Shown: piece after piece, positions 11,280-21,600 of the stretch
How the letters are laid out: every line of letters begins with the position of its first letter
Position numbering within the stretch: position 1 is the stretch's first letter
From: an uncultured Actinomycetes bacterium
GTDB lineage: Bacteria > Actinomycetota > Thermoleophilia > UBA2241
DNA length: 64,000 nt
Reading direction: 5' to 3'
Assembly (NCBI GenBank): GCA_963725665.1
Contig: CAVRZA010000004.1
Location: forward strand, 256,001-320,000
The notes under the pieces: model-generated
Told to the model about the DNA's origin: nothing
Databases searched by the model: none
Seen by the model: the letters and a program-made list of their open reading frames with translations, nothing else
Position numbers and translations under genes: made by a program

Positions 11280-11606
11280 TCAGGCGAGCTCGAACTCGCG
11301 CTCGAAGTCGCGCTTGCTGCGCGCCCCGATGACCTTCTTCACCGGTTGTCCTTTGTCGAAAAGGATGATGGTCGGGATGCTCATGATGCCGTACTTGCCG
11401 GCCGTCGACTGGTTCTCGTCGACGTTGAGCTTGCCGACCGTCACCTTGCCGGCGTGTTCACTGGCGATCTCCTCGATGATGGGACCGACAGTGCGGCACG
11501 GACCGCACCACGGCGCCCAGAAGTCGACGATGATGGGCGTCGCTGCGTCTTTGAGCTCCTGCTCGAAGGTCGCGTCGGTCAGGGTCTTGATGATCTCGCT
11601 CGCCAA
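11280..11606 (-). CDS. trxA: Thioredoxin
   Basis: DFWAPWCGPC and SIPT motifs; TTG start with AGGAGG SD. Confidence 0.95.
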   Translation of the reverse strand: MASEIIKTLTDATFEQELKDAATPIIVDFWAPWCGPCRTVGPIIEEIASEHAGKVTVGKLNVDENQSTAGKYGIMSIPTIILFDKGQPVKKVIGARSKRDFEREFELA

Positions 11607-11651
11607 AGGTCCCTCCTTGTTCTCCGCCCCCGCTGGGCGGCTCTTGCCAGT

Positions 11652-12044
11652 CTAGACGCTCTCGATGACGGAGCGCAGCCGCTCGCCCACCTCCACGGCC
11701 ACGTCGCTCAACTCGGGATTGCCCACGAAGCCGAGCATGAGCTCGGGGTCGATGGCGCTCACTTTGGCGCCGCCTTCGCTCTCGTAGACGATGACGTTGC
11801 AGGGCAGAAGCAGCCCGATCTCGCGTTCGGCCGTCAGGGCGCGGTGGGCGAGCGGCGGGTTGCAGGCTCCGAGGATGACGTACTTGTCGCCCTCGACGCC
11901 CAGCTTCTCCTTCATCGTCGCCTGCACGTCGATCTCGCACAGGACTCCGAAGCCCTGCTCCTTGAGGGCGTCGCGCACGCTCGCCACCGTCTCGTCGAAC
12001 GGTCGCTGCACAAGCTTGCCGATGCCGTACGCCGCCGTGGCCAT
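11652..12044 (-). CDS. DUF302 protein
   Basis: GFGVL.EID, ILGACNP and GLLLPCNV motifs. Confidence 0.88.
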   Translation of the reverse strand: MATAAYGIGKLVQRPFDETVASVRDALKEQGFGVLCEIDVQATMKEKLGVEGDKYVILGACNPPLAHRALTAEREIGLLLPCNVIVYESEGGAKVSAIDPELMLGFVGNPELSDVAVEVGERLRSVIESV

Positions 12045-12082
12045 GATGCTGCCTCCTTCGCTGCCGGGGTTCGCAGGACAGT

Positions 12083-12098
12083 ATACCCCAGAGGGTAT
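12083..12098. promoter_or_regulatory. CsoR/CstR/RcnR-family operator
   Basis: ATACCC-CAGA-GGGTAT palindrome upstream of DUF302-trxA. Confidence 0.65.
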
Positions 12099-12392
12099 CT
12101 GAGACAAGCGGCTCCCGCGTCACGAAGACGACCGGACGGAGAGAAGGATTGCCACGGCCGGAGGGCGCTAAACGGCGCCGCCGCCCGTTCGGGGGCCGAG
12201 CGCGCCGCTGCCGACGGTCCCTGGCATCGCTGCGCCAGGGTCTGCGGCGCAGATCTCGAGAGCTGTCGCGTCGCCTCGCAGAACTCGTGGCGTCGCTGCA
12301 GGGGCTCCGCTATTATTGGCAGTCCAAACGCTGCCCGGACGTGAGTGTCCGGGCGCCGTTCGACCCACGACCCGCGAGAAAGGCACAGCGCC

Positions 12393-14055
12393 GTGAGAAG
12401 CGACGAGATCAAGCGCGGTGTCCTGCGCGCCCCGCACCGCTCGCTGCTGCGCGCGCTGGGCGTGAGCGACACCGAGATGGAACGGCCCTTCGTCGGCATA
12501 GCCAACTCCTTCAACGAGGTGGTGCCCGGGCACATGCACCTGCGCGGCATCGTCGAGGCCGTCAAGGCCGGCGTGCGCCAGGCCGGCGGCACGCCGTTCG
12601 AGTTCGGGGTCATGGGCATCTGCGACGGCCTCGCCATGAACCATCGCGGCATGCTGTACTCGCTGCCGAGCCGCGAGCTGATCGCCGATACGGTCGAGTC
12701 GATGGCGGAGGCGCACGCGTTCGACGCCCTCGTGCTCGTGCCCTCGTGCGACAAGGTCGTCCCCGGCATGCTCATGGCCGCTGTGCGCCTCGACCTGCCG
12801 GCCGTGGTGGTGGGCGGCGGGCCGATGCTCGCCGGGCGCGCGGACGACGGCAGCGCGATCGACTTGAACACGGCCTTCGAGGCCGTCGGCCAGCACATGG
12901 CCGGCAAGATCGACGACGAGGAGCTCAAGGCCATCGAGTGCGCCGTCTGTCCGACGTGCGGGTCCTGTTCGGGGCTGTTCACGGCCAACTCGATGGGTTG
13001 TCTCACCGAGGTGCTGGGCCTCGGTCTGCCGGGCAACGGCACCATCCCGGCGCCGTTCTCCGAGCGGCTTGCGGCTCGCCAAGCGGGCAGGCGAGACGGT
13101 GATGCGCGTCCTCGCCGACGGCCTGCGGCCGCGCGACATCGTCACCGACGTCGCGATCGGCAACGCCCTCGTCGCCGACGCCAGCCTGGGCTGCTCCACC
13201 AACACCGTGCTCCACTTGGCCGCCATCGCCACCGAGGCGGGGCTCGACTTTCGCCTCGAGCGCATCAACGAGATCGCGGCGACGACGCCACACGTGTGCG
13301 CGCTCGCGCCGTCAGGCATCCATCACATGGAGGACCTCTACCGCGCCGGCGGCGTGCAGGCGCTCTGCCGGCAGCTCGTCGAGGCGGGGCTGATGGACGG
13401 TTCGGCGCGCACCGTGACCGGCCTCACTCTCGGTGAGGCCGTCGCCGGTGCGCGCGTCGTCGACCCGGCCGTCATCCACCCACTCGACGAGCCCTACCAC
13501 AAGTCGGGCGGCCTGGCCGTCCTGTTCGGCAACCTCGCTCCGTACGGGGCGGTCGTCAAGGAGTCTGCCGTCGACCACTCCATGCTGCGTCACAGCGGTC
13601 CGGCCCAAGTCTTCGAGTCGGAGGACGCGGCGGTGGCGGCGATCGCGGCCGACGAGATCCGCCGCGGCTCCGTCGTGGTGATCCGCAACGTGGGGCCGAA
13701 GGGCGCGCCGGGCATGCCCGAGATGCTCACGCCGACGTCGGCTCTCGACGGCCGCGGCCTCGACCGCGAGGTCGCCCTCATCACCGACGGGCGCTTCAGC
13801 GGCGCCTCGCGCGGCGCGGCGATCGGCCACGTCGCGCCGGAGGCGCAGGCAGGAGGGACCATCGGTCTCGTTGAAGACGGTGACCACATCAGCATCGACA
13901 TCCCGGCTCGCACGCTCACGCTGGACGTCGACGTGGAGGTACTCGAGCGGCGGCGCGCCGCGAAGCAAGCCGCGCCGCCGCGAGACCTCACGGGCTATCT
14001 CGCCCGCTACGTCAAACTCGTCTCCGGAGCGGAGAAGGGAGCGGTTCTCAGATGA
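12393..14055 (+). CDS. ilvD: Dihydroxy-acid dehydratase; +1 frameshift near 13069
   Basis: CDG, CDK..PG, G.FTANSM, GPKG.PGMPEML and TDGRFSG motifs split over two frames. Confidence 0.92.
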
Positions 14056-15755
14056 AAGGCTCGCAGGCGATCGTGAAGGCCCTCCAGGAGGAGGGCTGTG
14101 AGGTCATCTTCGGGTACCCCGGCGGGGTCGTCATCCCGTTCTACGACGCCCTCTTCGACAGCGACCTGCGTCACGTGCTGGTGCGCCACGAGCAGGGTGC
14201 GGCCCACGCCGCCGACGGCTACGCGCGCGCCACCGGCAAGGTCGGCGTCTGCGTGGCGACCAGCGGACCCGGCGCGACCAACCTCGTGACGGGCATCGCC
14301 AACGCCTACCTCGATTCGGTGCCGATCGTGGCCATCACCGGGCAGGTCAAGGCCGACCTGATCGGCACCGACGCCTTCCAGGAGGCCGACACGACCGGCA
14401 TCACCCTGCCGATCGTGAAGCATTCCTACCTCGTGACGCGCGGCCAGGACCTGCCGCAGACCATCCACGAGGCGTTCCACATCGCCGGCACCGGGCGGCC
14501 CGGGCCGGTGCTCATCGACGTCCCGGTGACCAGTCAGCTCGAGGACTTCGCCTACCGCAAGGCGACGCAGCTCGACCTGCCCGGCTACAAGCCGACGCTC
14601 AAGGGCCACACCAAGCAGATCAGTGCGGCGGCCAAGGCCCTGGCCGAGGCGCAGCGGCCGGTGCTCTACATCGGCGGCGGTGTGATCTCCTCCGGGGCCA
14701 CCGAAGAGCTGCATGGAGCTCGCCGACGCTGCTCGAGATCCCCGTGACCACGACGCTGATGGCCATGGGCGCGTTCCCCGAGACGCACCCCCTGTCGCTG
14801 GGGATGCTGGGCATGCACGGCACCGCCTACGCCAACTGGGCGGTGCACGAGTGCAGCCTCCTGGTCGCCGTCGGGGCGCGCTTCGACGACCGCGTGACCG
14901 GCAAGCTCTCGGCCTTCGCGCCCCAGGCCAAGGTGATCCACGTCGACATCGACCCGGCCGAGATCGGCAAGAACGTCGAGCCCCAGATCCCTATCGTCGG
15001 CGACGCCCGCCGCGTGCTCGCCGACCTCGTCGCAGAGCTCAAGGGCATGGAGCGTACGCCCGGCCTGACGCGCGAGTGGCTGGCGCGCATCGAGGAGCTG
15101 CGCGAGCAGCATCCGCTGGCCTACCACGACGAGGGCGAGGGCATCCCGCCGCAGTTCGTCGTGCAGGAGATCGACCGCGTCACCGGCGGTGACGCGGTCA
15201 TCGCCACCGACGTGGGGCAGCACCAGATGTGGGCCTGCCAGTACTTCCGCTACACGCAGCCGCGCCAGCTCGTGAGCTCCGGCGGCCTCGGCACGATGGG
15301 CTTCGGCCTGCCGGCGGCCATCGGGGCGCAGATCGGTCGCCCCGACAAGCAGGTCATCGACATCGGCGGCGACGGGAGCTTCCAGATGACGATGCAGGAG
15401 CTGGGCACGGCCATGGCGTACGAAGTGCCGGTCGTGGTCGCCATCCTCAACAACCGCTACCTGGGCATGGTGCGCCAGTGGCAGGACCTCTTCTGGAACA
15501 AGCGCTACTCGCACACCTACTTCGAGACACAGCCCGACTTCGCCAAGATCGCGCGAGGCCTACGGGGCCTACGGCGCCACGGTGACCGAGAAGGACCAGG
15601 TCGGCGACGCCCTGCGCGAGGCGATCAAGGACCCGCGGCCGGCCGTCATCGACTTCCACGTGCGCCAGGAGGAGAACGTCTACCCGATGGTGCCCTCAGG
15701 CGCCTCGATCATGGAGATGATCGGCGGCACGGCCGGGCGGAGGAAGAAGCCATGA
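14052..15755 (+). CDS. ilvB: Acetolactate synthase large subunit; +1 frameshifts near 14712, 14728 and 15554
   Basis: [33 protein letters not shown] and EENVYPMVP motifs across successive frames. Confidence 0.92.
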
Positions 15756-16225
15756 AGCACACACTCTCGGTGCTGGTCGAGAACAAGCCCGGCGTGCTCA
15801 CGCGCGTGGCCGGGCTCTTCGCGCGGCGCGGCTTCAACATCGACAGCCTGGTGGTGGGGGAGAGCGAGGATCCCAGGCTCTCGCGCATGACGATCACCAT
15901 CGACGGCGCGGCACACCCCATCGACCAGGTGACCAAGCAGCTGCACAAGCTGATCAACGTGGTGAAGATCCGCGAGCTCGACCCGGAACACATGGTGGCC
16001 CGCGAGCTCGCGCTCATCAAGGTCAACGCGAGCGGCGCCACGCGCAGCGAGATCGTGCAGATCGTCGAGATCTTCGAGGCGAGGGTGGTCGATGTCGACA
16101 AGCGCACATTGACGATCGAGATGGCCTCGTCTCCCGGCAAACTCCTCGCGCTCCAGGAGATGCTGCAGCCATTCGGCGTCATCGAGATCGTGCGTACGGG
16201 CACCGTCGCCATCGCGCGCGGGTAG
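15752..16225 (+). CDS. ilvN: Acetolactate synthase small subunit
   Basis: [16 protein letters not shown]...RRGFNIDSL ACT domain; ATGA overlap with ilvB. Confidence 0.95.
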   Translation: MKHTLSVLVENKPGVLTRVAGLFARRGFNIDSLVVGESEDPRLSRMTITIDGAAHPIDQVTKQLHKLINVVKIRELDPEHMVARELALIKVNASGATRSEIVQIVEIFEARVVDVDKRTLTIEMASSPGKLLALQEMLQPFGVIEIVRTGTVAIARG

Positions 16226-16389
16226 AAGCGGCGGGGCGGCGGGGCCGAGGCTCGCCGCCCTTCAGCTCGGCCCCTAGCCTCGTGGCTACCGCCCCCTCGC
16301 CGCCGCAGGCGAGAAGCTGAAAGAACACGCCCAACCTGCCGATACGCTCCCAGACCGAACTCAAACGGTGCCTCCAGGAGGGAACGAGC

Positions 16390-16857
16390 ATGGCCAGTTG
16401 GCTCAAGTCGATCCTCAGGAATCCACAGCCGTCGGGCCCGCCGGAGACCGTGCGACAGTTCCTGACGAGCGACCCAACGCTGAGCCACGACGGCATCACT
16501 ATCGAGCAAGACAGCTGGGTGGTCGACTCGCGGGAGGAGATGACCGTCCGTCTCTTCGAAGTCCAGGCACCGCTGGTCGAGCAGTGCCTCCTCACCTACA
16601 GGGCGATGGTGAAGAGTGAAGACCTGGCCGGTCGCGCCTACCTGGAGATGTGGTGCCGCCTGCCGGGGCGCGGTGAGTTCTTCTCGAAGGGCCTCACTCA
16701 GGCCGTGAAGGGTACGACCGACTGGGGTTCTTACGAGACTCCCTTCTACCTCGAGAAGGGACAACGTCCCGATCTCATCAAGCTCAACCTGGTGGTCGAA
16801 GGCAGAGGGAAGGTCCGGATCAGGGACGTCGAGCTCCTCAAGACGCCGCTTCGCTGA
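16390..16857 (+). CDS. Hypothetical beta-rich protein
   Basis: AGGAGG SD and GC3-rich codon usage; YLEMWC...GEFFS motif of unknown family. Confidence 0.7.
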   Translation: MASWLKSILRNPQPSGPPETVRQFLTSDPTLSHDGITIEQDSWVVDSREEMTVRLFEVQAPLVEQCLLTYRAMVKSEDLAGRAYLEMWCRLPGRGEFFSKGLTQAVKGTTDWGSYETPFYLEKGQRPDLIKLNLVVEGRGKVRIRDVELLKTPLR

Positions 16858-17192
16858 CGTTGCGGTTCGCCGCTTGATCCGCCGCGGAGGGCGGGTACAG
16901 GCAGCCGCTTCTTCGCTGGCGCTCTCCAGCCGACTGCACCCAGCAACACGGGCACGCTCACCGGGAGGGCGGTAACCACGCCGACCTGACCGACGTGTGA
17001 GCCCATGCCAGCGCCCTCCTTCGTGAGTGACACGTTCCCTCGCGCAACGGAGTCAGTTTGGCATTCGGCTTGAAAACGGGTATGCGAGGACGAGCGCCGA
17101 TCAAGGTCATATGTCGGCCGACCCGTCGGTCGCAGAGGGGCCCCATGGCTGATTGTGCGGGTCAAGAGATCCGACAAGTCGCCCGCTACGAA

Positions 17193-17541
17193 GTTGTGTA
17201 CGTCAAGTGGTGCAGAAGCTGATCGTGGCATGCGTGTGTGAGTCCTTGGGTCACGCGGCCTCTTCGATCACGCGCATCAGCTCCTTCTTCTGTTCGACCA
17301 GCAGCGCCATGTTGAGGTAGCGGTGTTCCTCGAGCCAGCCCTCGTGCGTCTCGACGGCGAGGGCGCGGATGAGGCGCAGGCAGCTCTCCTGGTTGGGGAA
17401 GATGCGCACCACGCGGGTGCGGCGGCGGATCTCCTCGTTGAAGCGCTCCATGCGAGTGGGTGGAGGAGAACATCGCCGAGACGCTTACCTTCTATCGTCT
17501 GCCCCGGGAGCACCACAAGCACCTCAAAAGCACCAACATGC
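17193..17541 (-). mobile_element. IS256-family remnant (transposase C-terminus plus putative terminal IR); 91-bp piece inverted
   Basis: Minus strand ERFNEEIRRRTRVVRIFPNQESCLRL; plus strand WVEENIAETLTFYRLPREHHKHLKSTNM; GTTGTGTACGTCAAG end. Confidence 0.85.
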
Positions 17542-18066
17542 ACGGGTGGCGCGACCGCTCTCGCGCTCGGCGGTGCGGCCTTCGACCCCACGGCACTCTC
17601 GACCTACTGTCGCTCCGATGCCGGGAAGGGCGACAAAGGGTGCCAATACGGTCAGCGACCCGTGGATCCTCCTGCTCCACCGGCCGAGACCAGGCGGTCA
17701 TCTCCAGACTCGCGGATCAGGGCCATCGTCGCGATGGATCCGGCGGCAGGCCCTGGGCACAGCGCCGCCTCATTGGCCAAGGTGAACGACCCGGTATTGG
17801 TGATCGGCTCCGAAGACAACGATTTCCTGCCGTTCGACCGCCATGCCGGTCGCTACGCGGTCTTGCTCCCGAATGCGTCGCTCATCACGTTGCGCCGCGG
17901 CGAGGGACACTTCGTCTATCTCAACTCATGCCGGTCCGACGTGGCGGCGAACGGTGTGCCCCTCTGCGTCGATCGAAAGGGCGTGGATCGGGTTGCGGTG
18001 CATGCCTTCTTGGCGCCGAGAATCCTCGCCATTCTCACCTCTTCCTTCGCAGAGGGCGCCTGCTAG
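17542..18066 (+). pseudogene. 5'-truncated alpha/beta hydrolase
   Basis: Begins at GGATALALGG, just after the missing nucleophile Ser; GSEDND and GHFVYL retained; abuts the IS remnant. Confidence 0.7.
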
Positions 18067-18224
18067 CGGGAGGTGCGCGTTCGCGCAGCGCGAAGGCCGG
18101 CTGGCCGCCCAAGACCGTGCAGACACGGCTTGCCGGCTGAGCTATCCTCGTCGGTGGGCGTGGTGCGCGCCGGTGCGCCGGACGTCCTGTCAGCCTTCTC
18201 GCAGGCACGCGCAAGGAGAGGGGA

Positions 18225-18746
18225 GTGGGCGGAAGTAACCGAGTCGACGTCGATATCCGACCGTGGTCGAAGGGCGACCTGCCCGTGCTCGAGCGCCTGC
18301 TGGGTGACCCGGTCATGACCGAACATCTCGGTGGGCCCGAGCCCCCGGAGAAGCTGCTCGAGCGCCATCGCCGCTACTGCCGGATCAGCGAGTCCGGCGA
18401 CGGGGGCACGTTCGTGATCGTTGTGGCCCCCAAGGGAGCCGCTGCCGGCTGGACCGGGTACTGGGAGACGGGGTGGCGCGGCCAGCTCGTTTGGGAGACC
18501 GGCTGGAGCGTGCTCCCGGAGTACCAGGGCCGAGGCGTGGCCACCAAGGCGACCAGGGTCGTGGTGGAGCGCGCACGTGCTGAAAGAAGACACCGGTTCA
18601 TCCATGCCTTTCCGTCGATCGATAACGGGTCGTCGAACGCCATCTGCAGGAAGGTCGGATTCGCTCTTCAGGAGGAGGTCGACATCGAGTACCCGCCGGG
18701 CCACTCCATGCGCTGCAACGATTGGCGTCTGGACCTGTTCGCCTAG
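18225..18746 (+). CDS. GNAT N-acetyltransferase (RimJ/RimL-like)
   Basis: GWSVLPEYQGRGVAT and N..SNAICRKVGF motifs. Confidence 0.88.
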   Translation: MGGSNRVDVDIRPWSKGDLPVLERLLGDPVMTEHLGGPEPPEKLLERHRRYCRISESGDGGTFVIVVAPKGAAAGWTGYWETGWRGQLVWETGWSVLPEYQGRGVATKATRVVVERARAERRHRFIHAFPSIDNGSSNAICRKVGFALQEEVDIEYPPGHSMRCNDWRLDLFA

Positions 18747-18835
18747 GCGGCCGTCTTGCTCCGCATAGCGAGGCAGGCCGAAACGACCGCGTCGGTAGGC
18801 CGCGCGGAGCGCTTTCGGCGCTGACGGGGACGAAC

Positions 18836-19258
18836 ATGGTGCTACTCCTGGTCCTGCTTATCTCCAGCTTGGTCGGTGTCGTCGCGGGCGGTTGCACGGC
18901 GGACCAGGGTGCGGAGATCCCTGCCGGCGACGTCGTCCTGGCGAAGGCGTTCGCGGATCACGCTCGCGATCTGCAGCTCGAGGGCCAAGGCACCGTCGTG
19001 CGGATCCTGAAGGACGACACCGAGGGGGGCCGGCATCAGCGGTTCGTCGTCCGGCTGGCGTCCGGACAGACGCTCCTCATCGCGCACAACATCGACGTCG
19101 CTCCGAGGGTCGCCGGCCTCAGTATCGGCGACAGCATCGTGTTCCGCGGCGTCTACGAGTGGAGCGTCGAGGGCGGCACGATCCACTGGACGCACCACGA
19201 TCCGGATGGCCGGCACGCAGCGGGGTGGATCCGCCACGACGGGCAAACGTACCAGTAG
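18836..19258 (+). CDS. DUF3465 secreted/lipoprotein
   Basis: DD.EG.RHQRF, AHNID.APR and IHWTHHDP motifs; start uncertain. Confidence 0.8.
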   Translation: MVLLLVLLISSLVGVVAGGCTADQGAEIPAGDVVLAKAFADHARDLQLEGQGTVVRILKDDTEGGRHQRFVVRLASGQTLLIAHNIDVAPRVAGLSIGDSIVFRGVYEWSVEGGTIHWTHHDPDGRHAAGWIRHDGQTYQ

Positions 19259-19303
19259 TAGGGCAGCGCAGTCGCGGTGGCTGTCACGCCCTAGTGGGCG
19301 CGA

Positions 19304-20107
19304 TCACGGCCGCGGTCGCTCCGCGTTTGCCGCGGCCGCGTCGCAGAGGTACTGCGCCATTCCTGGGCGCAGCTTCTCGTACGTCGCCCTGAAACGAGGG
19401 TCGGTGACGTACATCCGGGCGAGCTGGGTGTGCATCTCGCGCGAGCACGGGTAGAACCACGAGTCGATCAGCAGGCGGTGGCGCTCCACCGCGTCCATCG
19501 CCCGCTGGCCGCTGGGTTTGACTCCCTCGTCCATGAGCGCCGCGATCGAGCTGCTGACCTCGTCGCTCTCGGACCTGAAGCGCGACCAGTCGTCCTTCGT
19601 GTAGCGCTGAGTCCGGCGCGTCGACGCCTCGTAGGCTTCGCTGCCGCCCCAACGCTCTCGGGCCTCTTGCTCGTGCGCTGATGGATCGAAGTCGCCGAAC
19701 ACCTCGAACATCTCGTCCTGTCGCATCTGTATGCCACCTTCCTGCGCCGCCAGCGTCTTGTCGATGAGGATGAGCATGGCCTCGAGCCGACCCGCCCGTC
19801 GCGCCAGCAGGTCACGCTGCGCAATCAAAGCCTCTCGGCGGTCGAACGCCGGGTCGGTCACGAGGGCGCGGATGTGCTCGAGGCCGAAGCCGAGCTCCTT
19901 GTAGAAGAGCACCTGCTGCAGCCGCTCGAGGTCCTCCGGCGTGTAGAGCGGCAGCCGCTCGAGGTCCTCCGGCGTGTAGAAGCGGTAGCCCCCTTCGCTG
20001 CGCCCTGAGGGCGCGAGGAGGCCGATCTCATGGTAGTGGTGCAGGCTGCGCACGCTCACGTGAGCGAGCCTCGCGACCTCGCCGACCTTGTACGACATCG
20101 TGTCCAT
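19304..20107 (-). CDS. MerR-family regulator with TipAS antibiotic-recognition domain
   Basis: VGEVA..VSVRSLHHY..IGLL.PS HTH; EARERWG and MYVTDPRF TipAS motifs. Confidence 0.9.
   Translation of the reverse strand: MDTMSYKVGEVARLAHVSVRSLHHYHEIGLLAPSGRSEGGYRFYTPEDLERLPLYTPEDLERLQQVLFYKELGFGLEHIRALVTDPAFDRREALIAQRDLLARRAGRLEAMLILIDKTLAAQEGGIQMRQDEMFEVFGDFDPSAHEQEARERWGGSEAYEASTRRTQRYTKDDWSRFRSESDEVSSSIAALMDEGVKPSGQRAMDAVERHRLLIDSWFYPCSREMHTQLARMYVTDPRFRATYEKLRPGMAQYLCDAAAANAERPRP
19918..19983. repeat. 33-bp in-frame tandem duplication in the MerR gene
   Basis: GCAGCCGCTCGAGGTCCTCCGGCGTGTAGA twice; protein YTPEDLERL twice. Confidence 0.9.
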
Positions 20108-20119
20108 CTCCGAGAGTGG

Positions 20120-20150
20120 AGGATAGACCCTCACGTTACGTGAGGGTCAA
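20120..20150 (-). promoter_or_regulatory. MerR/TipA-type promoter-operator
   Basis: TTGACC-19 bp-TATCCT with dyad GACCCTCACGT-N-ACGTGAGGGTC. Confidence 0.88.
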
Positions 20151-20338
20151 GTCCTTCTCGACTGCGAACCCGCGAGCAACGCGGGCACGCGTTCGAGGCA
20201 GAGGAACGAGGGGAACGCTCAGCCCGACTGCAGGGATGGCCACAACAGGCCGCGGGCATCGATCGCGCGCCCCTGCAAGCGCCACGACGGGTTGGGAGTG
20301 ACCTCAGCGTCGCTCGGAGGCAGACGCAGGCACAGGAC

Positions 20339-21550
20339 ATGAGCGCCGCAGGATTCTCAGAGGCTCGTCTCGAGCGCATGAACGAGGTCATGGCCGGCCA
20401 CGTCGAGCGCGGCGACGTGCCCGGCCTCGTGACGGCGGTCAGCCGGCACGATGAGGTGCACGTCGCCGCGCTCGGGGCGACGGCCCTCGGGGGAGCCGAG
20501 CCGATGCGGCGTGACACCATCTTCCGCATCTCCTCCATGACGAAGCCGATCACGGCCGCGGCGACCATGATCCTTGTGGAGGAATGTCGGCTGCGACTCG
20601 ATGAGCCGGTCGATCGGCTTCTGCCGGAGCTGGCCGGGCGGAGGGTCCTGAAGCGACTCGACGGGCCGCTGGACGATACCGTGCCCGCGAAGCGTCCGAT
20701 CACGGTGCGCGACCTGCTGACCTTCCGTCTCGGCCTGGGCCTCATCATGGCGCCGCCGGGCATGTATCCGATCCAGCAGGCGGTCGCCGAGGCGATCGGG
20801 GCTGCGGGGCCCCCGAGTCCCTTGTCGCAGCCTGGGCCCGATGAGTGGATGCGTCGTTTGGGGACGCTGCCGCTCCTTCACCAACCGGGCGAGAGGTGGC
20901 TCTACAACACGGGGTCCGACGTCTTGGGCGTCCTGATAGCACGCGCCTCTGGCCGGCCGCTGGAGGCGTTCTTGCGCGAGCGCGTCTTCGACCCCCTGGG
21001 CATGAAGGACACGGGTTTCAGCGTGCCGGCCGCCAAGCTCGGCCGGCTGTCTACGAGCTACTGGACGAGTCCCGAGACGGGGGCGCTCGAGATCTACGAC
21101 CAAGCCGAAGACAGCCAGTGGGCGCGGACGCCGGCATTCCCCTCGGGTGCCGGAGGGTTGGTCTCGACCATCGACGACTACCTGGCCTTCGGCCGGATGA
21201 TGCTGAACATGGGCAGACTCGGCGGTGAGCGCATCCTGTCGCGGCTCTCGGTCGAGGCCATGACAAGCGACCAGCTGACCCCGCAGCAGAAGGCCATCTC
21301 GGGACTCGTGCCGGGCTACTTCGACAGTCACGGCTGGGGGTTCGGCGTGGCCATCGTCACCAGGCGAGACGACGTGGCCGCCGTCCCCGGACGCTTCGGA
21401 TGGGACGGCGGCCTGGGCACCTCCTGGTACGCGGATCCCCATGAGGACCTGGTCGGCACTCTGCTGACACAGCGAGCCTGGGAGTCCCCGAGCCCCCCGC
21501 CCGCCTGTCTCGACTTCTGGACCTCGGTCTACGAGGCGATCGACGACTGA
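20339..21550 (+). CDS. Serine hydrolase, beta-lactamase class C/esterase family
   Basis: FRISSMTK (SxxK), LLT, PGERWLY and FGWDG motifs. Confidence 0.9.
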   Translation: MSAAGFSEARLERMNEVMAGHVERGDVPGLVTAVSRHDEVHVAALGATALGGAEPMRRDTIFRISSMTKPITAAATMILVEECRLRLDEPVDRLLPELAGRRVLKRLDGPLDDTVPAKRPITVRDLLTFRLGLGLIMAPPGMYPIQQAVAEAIGAAGPPSPLSQPGPDEWMRRLGTLPLLHQPGERWLYNTGSDVLGVLIARASGRPLEAFLRERVFDPLGMKDTGFSVPAAKLGRLSTSYWTSPETGALEIYDQAEDSQWARTPAFPSGAGGLVSTIDDYLAFGRMMLNMGRLGGERILSRLSVEAMTSDQLTPQQKAISGLVPGYFDSHGWGFGVAIVTRRDDVAAVPGRFGWDGGLGTSWYADPHEDLVGTLLTQRAWESPSPPPACLDFWTSVYEAIDD

Positions 21551-21600
21551 GGATGTCGCGGCCGCCGCGTGGCTGTGGACGAAAGCGTGAGGTGAGCGAC

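Noticed and set aside
14744-16225. Apparent IlvB-IlvN fusion ORF
   Set aside because: Produced by the +1 base near 15554; the true ilvB end overlaps the ilvN ATG
16860-17020. Minus-strand ORF with a good SD (MGSHVGQVGVV...)
   Set aside because: No recognisable family and it runs antisense into the neighbouring gene; at most a remnant
17059-17073. Sigma54-like promoter TGGCA-N6-TTGA
   Set aside because: The -12 GC is not matched and no intact downstream gene exists
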